Below, one piece after another: positions 37,778 through 40,705 of a stretch of 40,705 nt of DNA. The notes under the pieces were generated by a model. That model was not told where the DNA came from. It searched no databases and saw only the letters and a program-made list of their open reading frames with translations. This DNA comes from Octopus bimaculoides (lineage: Eukaryota), in contig NC_068999.1 in the NCBI RefSeq assembly GCF_001194135.2, positions 10,893,273 through 10,933,977 on the forward strand, written 5' to 3'. The translations under genes were made by a program, and so were the position numbers. Within the stretch, counting starts at the first letter, position 1; the number at the start of each line of letters is the position of its first letter.

Positions 37778-38872
37778 TATATATATATATGTGAGTGTGT
37801 GTGTGTGTGTGTGTATTTATATATATGCTGTTTAATAAATGCGCATGAGGATACATGCTCATGCCGCCACGCCCTCACACATATTGGTAACTGCAGATCT
37901 GGTAGCACAGTATTGTATAAATTTCGTGTTAATACTACCAAATTTGATCAGTTACAGTGGAATAACTTTCGTACAGAACTGTATCTTCACACATCGATAC
38001 TCAGAGTTTCATGTTGATATATTCCATCTATTATAACCTGGATATCTCTTAATACAAATCATCTACGTATATGGGCGAACGTATTTTATAATGTCAGTTA
38101 TTATGGGCATGTTCATCATCGAATATGTTATGCATCAAATACGTTATTGTTTGAAGGAATAAGCTTTGCTCATATTTCGCACATATAATATATAACCATA
38201 CGTAAAAACCCACATATGGGTGAGGGTGTGTATATCAGAATATTTATATGAAACGACGCCCATGCTTGCAATTTCGTGTACAATACTATGATTTGAATGA
38301 CTTTGTTTCTGTCTCTATGATATTCGGGTAGGAGCACCAATATTTTTTTTTCTTTTTTGTGTGTAGCAACAGTTCCAGAGCAGAACATGTAGGAAGGAAA
38401 AATCTCTAGGGAAGATGTAAAATAAGAGCGTGGCATAGTGTTTGTGCATGTCGATATGCAAGTAAATAAATGCGTACTCATATGCAGGTAGATATGTATG
38501 TACGTACGTAGCTATACACACACATAAGCAAAAATATACTTAGCAATTTTACGCTCGATATTTACGCCCAAAACTTATTTGAGTTTAAATTTAAAAAAGA
38601 AAATTCAGACGATTTACATTATTCTGAATAAATTTATTTACAAGAAAGAAGCGGGAGAACGAGATAGACGTTCTTGTACGTCTTTACCTTCTGATTACAA
38701 TGATATTCTATGTATAATTAATACACACGTTCTGCTAGAAATATGGACTTACCGGCAATGAATGCATGTATATGTGCGTAAATATCTGTAAATTTTATCT
38801 ATCTATCTATGTATATATATGTAAGATTGAGCTGCTTTTTTTATTTATGTGTATGCATGTATGTAATATATA

Positions 38873-38951
38873 TATACGACAGGCTTCTTTAAGTTTCCAT
38901 TTACCACATCCAGGAAGAAGGCTTGGTTGGCCAGAGGCTATAGTAGAAGAG
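38873..38951 (-). mobile_element. SINE family B, 3' half
   Basis: ATATACGACAGGCTTCTTTAAGTTTCCATTTACC...GAGGCTATAGTAGAAGA aligns with 39303-39382. Confidence 0.85.
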
Positions 38952-39302
38952 TGAGTTAACGAAGTCAGTTGCCGAGCAGCAAGTGAGGCGGGGAAGAGAT
39001 AGTAAGATATAGTGAGATAAATAGAGATAGATAGATAGAGAGAGAGAAAGAGAGAGAGAGAGAGAAGGAGAGAGAGCAGGAGAGAGAGAGAAAGTGTCAA
39101 CTATACAGGCAGATTTATTCTTTATAAGCCTACTACTTATTCTATCGGTCACTTTTGCCGAACCGCACGTGTTATGGGGTCGTAAACTCACCAGATTATC
39201 AATCGGTTGTGCGGGGACAAACACAGACACAGAAACACGCACACACATACGTACATACATGCATACATACATACATACATAGATTCATACATATACATAA
39301 TT

Positions 39303-39471
39303 ATATATGACGGACTTCTTTCGGTTTCCGTCTACCAAATGCACTCACTCGGCTTTGGTCGACCCGAGGCTTTAGTAGAAGACACTTGCTCACGATGCCA
39401 CGTGGTGGGACTGAAGCCGGAACTAATTGGCTGGTAAGCAAGTAACATAACACACAGCCACTCCTGTGCCT
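39303..39471 (-). mobile_element. SINE family B, full-length (tRNA-derived head, CORE-like GCAAGTGTC segment)
   Basis: The minus strand reads AGGCACAGGAGTGGCTGTGTG (A-box-like) ... GGCTTCAGTCCC (B-box-like) ... GAGCAAGTGTCTTCTACTA ... GAAAGAAGTCCGTCATATA, followed by a (TGTA)n tail. Confidence 0.88.
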
Positions 39472-39640
39472 GACAATTAAACAATTTACAGTAATTTTGC
39501 AACACATTAGTTTACTTTCTTAATTATTCATAACTTCTTAAACAACCGTTTCTCTGATATTGCCGCTTTCACCTTCCATATGTATATGCATGCATGTATG
39601 TATATAGGTATGTATGTCTCTGTCTATCGATCGATCTGAA

Positions 39641-39824
39641 TATATATATATATAAGTCAGTAAATAGTGGGGTTTTTCATTTTCCTATATATATATATAC
39701 ATAATACACGCATCCATTCATCTGCCTATCAATATGTATATCTATAGCGATATATATATATATAAGTCAGTAAATAGTGGGGTTTTTCATTTTCCTATAT
39801 ATATATATACATAATACACGCATC
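39641..39824 (+). repeat. Two identical 74-bp units (39641-39714 and 39751-39824), period 110 bp, ending at a gap
   Basis: Base-identical copies seen directly. Confidence 0.92.
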
Positions 39825-40331
39825 NNNNNNNNNNNNNNNNNNNNNNNNNNNNNNNNNNNNNNNNNNNNNNNNNNNNNNNNNNNNNNNNNNNNNNNNNNNN
39901 NNNNNNNNNNNNNNNNNNNNNNNNNNNNNNNNNNNNNNNNNNNNNNNNNNNNNNATATATATATATATATTACGCAATAGTTCGTTTTCTTACACATACC
40001 TTCTTACACAGATCTCTAACTCCTTCGTTCTCCGTCTGACTATCTTTCTGTGTACCTACCTACCTACCTACCTACCTACCTACCTACCTATCTATCTATC
40101 CATCTCTCTACCCATTTATATACCTTATCTCTTTTTTCCTACCCATTTCGATCCTTTTCGCTCATCACCGACACCATTCCTCTGCATAACCGCATTCTCG
40201 TCTTCCTTTAGCCATTGTTCATTTTAGGAAATCGTGTGTAGTCAGAAAAATACCCCCATAGATATTACACGCGTTTTATTGGCTGTCAGCAACAACGTGT
40301 GCCTTTGGCTGCAATTTCACGTCGCGTGCAG

Positions 40332-40491
40332 GTGGCGAAACATTTCGACCGAGAGCTACGTTTTCTTGATGCCATCGTCACATAGAGCTACTAGCGTCAA
40401 ACTGTTTGCTTGGAAGGAACCGTTTCACGCGCCATTAAGCTGACCTATGAATGACATCTCAACTGCGGCATGAGCGATCGTGGACTGCATG
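40332..40491 (+). other. Candidate 5'/UTR exon in a CpG-richer patch (possible start MSDRGLH.. at 40470)
   Basis: Acceptor tttcacgtcgcgtgcag, donor ATG|gtaaga; all three frames contain stops upstream of the ATGs. Confidence 0.25.
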
Positions 40492-40641
40492 GTAAGAACG
40501 ATGAGTGAGTCAAATCTGAAATAATTCCAAGCAGACATTAGGTACCGTTCTTCCTTGAATTTACAGTAGCCAAAGCTAGCTAGCATTTTTACACGTTCCC
40601 TAATTATCTGCAGGAATCTATGCATTCGTATATGCTAACAC

Positions 40642-40680
<39 letters not shown>

Positions 40681-40705
40681 AATATATATATATATATATA
40701 TATAT

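Noticed and set aside
37839-38036. ORF containing YCINFVLILPNLISYSG (LRRcap-like)
   Set aside because: It begins in microsatellite-adjacent sequence, has no clear splice boundaries, and the motif match is partial.

Overview
This is an AT-rich, repeat-dominated eukaryotic scaffold window, not a prokaryotic one, so no operons, CRISPR arrays, rRNA or intact tRNA genes were found. The tRNA-derived SINE families and the dense (AT)n/(CA)n/(AAT)n/(TAC)n/(TCTA)n microsatellites match what I recall of octopus (coleoid cephalopod) genomes; that assignment is inference, not a database result. About 6.2 kb (about 15%) is N, in 18 gaps, and 17 of them abut (AT)n-like tracts. Almost all ORFs in the supplied track are artefacts of microsatellites or N runs. 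Supported content: about a dozen full or partial copies of one SINE family, several of a second, a decayed LINE reverse-transcriptase fragment, a roughly 330-bp local duplication, and several candidate spliced exons on both strands that I cannot assign to a named gene. The most interesting observation is a two-copy repeat containing a minimal type I hammerhead-ribozyme fold of the kind found in Penelope-like elements and retrozymes. Both copies carry the same non-canonical core base (U instead of A at position 6). I see no convincing multi-gene 'new system'.
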